64,000 nt of DNA from assembly GCA_026397255.1 (NCBI GenBank), contig JAPLVF010000013.1:251532-315531 (forward strand), read 5' to 3'. Below, piece by piece: positions 63,342 to 64,000 of the stretch. Position 1 is the first letter of the stretch; the number at the start of each line of letters is the position of its first letter. The notes beneath the pieces are model-generated. The model ran no database searches and was not told the origin of the DNA. It was given only the letters and a program-made list of their open reading frames with translations. The stretch is from Candidatus Beckwithbacteria bacterium. Lineage in GTDB: Bacteria; Patescibacteriota; Microgenomatia; UBA1400; CG1-02-47-37. Both the position numbers and the translations under genes were made by a program.

Positions 63342-64000
63342 ATGACTGGTATTCCGGAAATTCTCCAGTCTGCCCCGCAAATTAGCCAAAAGGCTCAGGA
63401 AATTGGTTCATTGGGAAATATGGTTCATTTGGCGCTTGAAACAAGAAAGGCCCTAGCTGACCCAAATCTTTTTAGTTTTCTTAAAGATTCGGGTCACCCA
63501 TATGGATTGTTATTGCTAAATCAAGCTGGTTCTGCCCCCATTGGATGGTCTATTGTATTGTCAAGTTCTTATGCGATGAGTCAGACATGGCCTGGTTTAA
63601 TGGATGAGCGGAGTGGGAAAGCTTCTTCTGTGGCGAGCGAAATTGCAATTCCCAACCCGACAATAAGGGGGGCTGTCTCTTTATTTCTTTCAAGTAGCGT
63701 AATCGCTTGGTCGTCGTTGGATGGCACTAATAGTGGGAGGGAAAGCAACTCTGAGGATAGTTCTGAAATGAGTTCTTCCTCGTCTCATCCTTTAGAGTTT
63801 TCGGATGGCCTAAGCGGGGCTGTAAAAGGCGAAACTAAAATAGGTAAAAGAGGCATTAGTCTTGGGGCGGTAGGGATAAATTTAACGAAATTTTCTGGGC
63901 AAGAACCATATGGGATTAAAAATTCTCAGGGAGAGCAATTGGCGGAAATTAAGCCTCAGGACTCTTTAGCCTTTATTCATGTAAATAGAGAGTCAAAAGA
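63342..64000 (+). CDS. Hypothetical protein, 3'-truncated by the window edge, with atypical Ser-rich composition and codon usage.
   Basis: Open frame from ATG 63342 to the window end: MTGIPEILQSAPQISQKAQEIGSLGNMVHLALE... Not in the track because there is no stop. Confidence 0.35.
   Translation, partial: MTGIPEILQSAPQISQKAQEIGSLGNMVHLALETRKALADPNLFSFLKDSGHPYGLLLLNQAGSAPIGWSIVLSSSYAMSQTWPGLMDERSGKASSVASEIAIPNPTIRGAVSLFLSSSVIAWSSLDGTNSGRESNSEDSSEMSSSSSHPLEFSDGLSGAVKGETKIGKRGISLGAVGINLTKFSGQEPYGIKNSQGEQLAEIKPQDSLAFIHVNRESK

Overview
This 64-kb window looks like a chromosomal segment from a small-genome bacterium of roughly 45% GC. Several traits point to the Patescibacteria/CPR group: truncated aminoacyl-tRNA synthetases (MetRS 471 aa, ValRS 695 aa), a short 262-aa YidC, a compact layout with many overlapping genes, and a heavy load of membrane and surface glycosylation genes.

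The 3' end of the window holds the canonical replication-origin neighbourhood. rpmH-rnpA-yidD-yidC-jag(khpB)-rnhA lie on the minus strand, diverging from dnaA-dnaN on the plus strand. DnaA-box clusters sit on both sides of dnaA.

Housekeeping genes I can recognise are lepA, murJ, rpsT, uvrD/pcrA, metG, tatD, groES-groEL, ruvC-ruvA-ruvB, valS and rplY. A tRNA-Cys(GCA) candidate is also present.

Three accessory blocks stand out:
(1) 1-18.2 kb: a truncated sortase, several secreted proteins with (Ser-Pro)n linkers and LPXTG-like C-terminal sorting signals, and PilN/PilO-like proteins. They are followed by four GT-C/PMT(GT39)-like membrane glycosyltransferases and an LCP-family protein. I read this as a candidate surface-protein O-glycosylation and anchoring locus.
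(2) 18.2-26.9 kb: two tandem FemAB-family paralogs, a SpoU methyltransferase, and an operon of RmuC, a single-chain UvrD-helicase/Fe-S PD-(D/E)XK nuclease fusion, and a low-GC hypothetical gene.
(3) 29.9-41.4 kb: an envelope-glycan cluster with a processive GT2, a GT-C protein, a MraY/WecA-family transferase, a UbiA-family (DPPR-synthase-like) prenyl-phosphate transferase, three GT4 enzymes and a GH130 phosphorylase.

Two families of short palindromic repeats are scattered across the window. One is a 36-45-nt hairpin element with compensatory stem changes. It appears both as intrinsic terminators and, apparently in-frame, inside two coding sequences. The other is a 20-nt perfect palindrome, AATCCGCCAGCTGGCGGATT.
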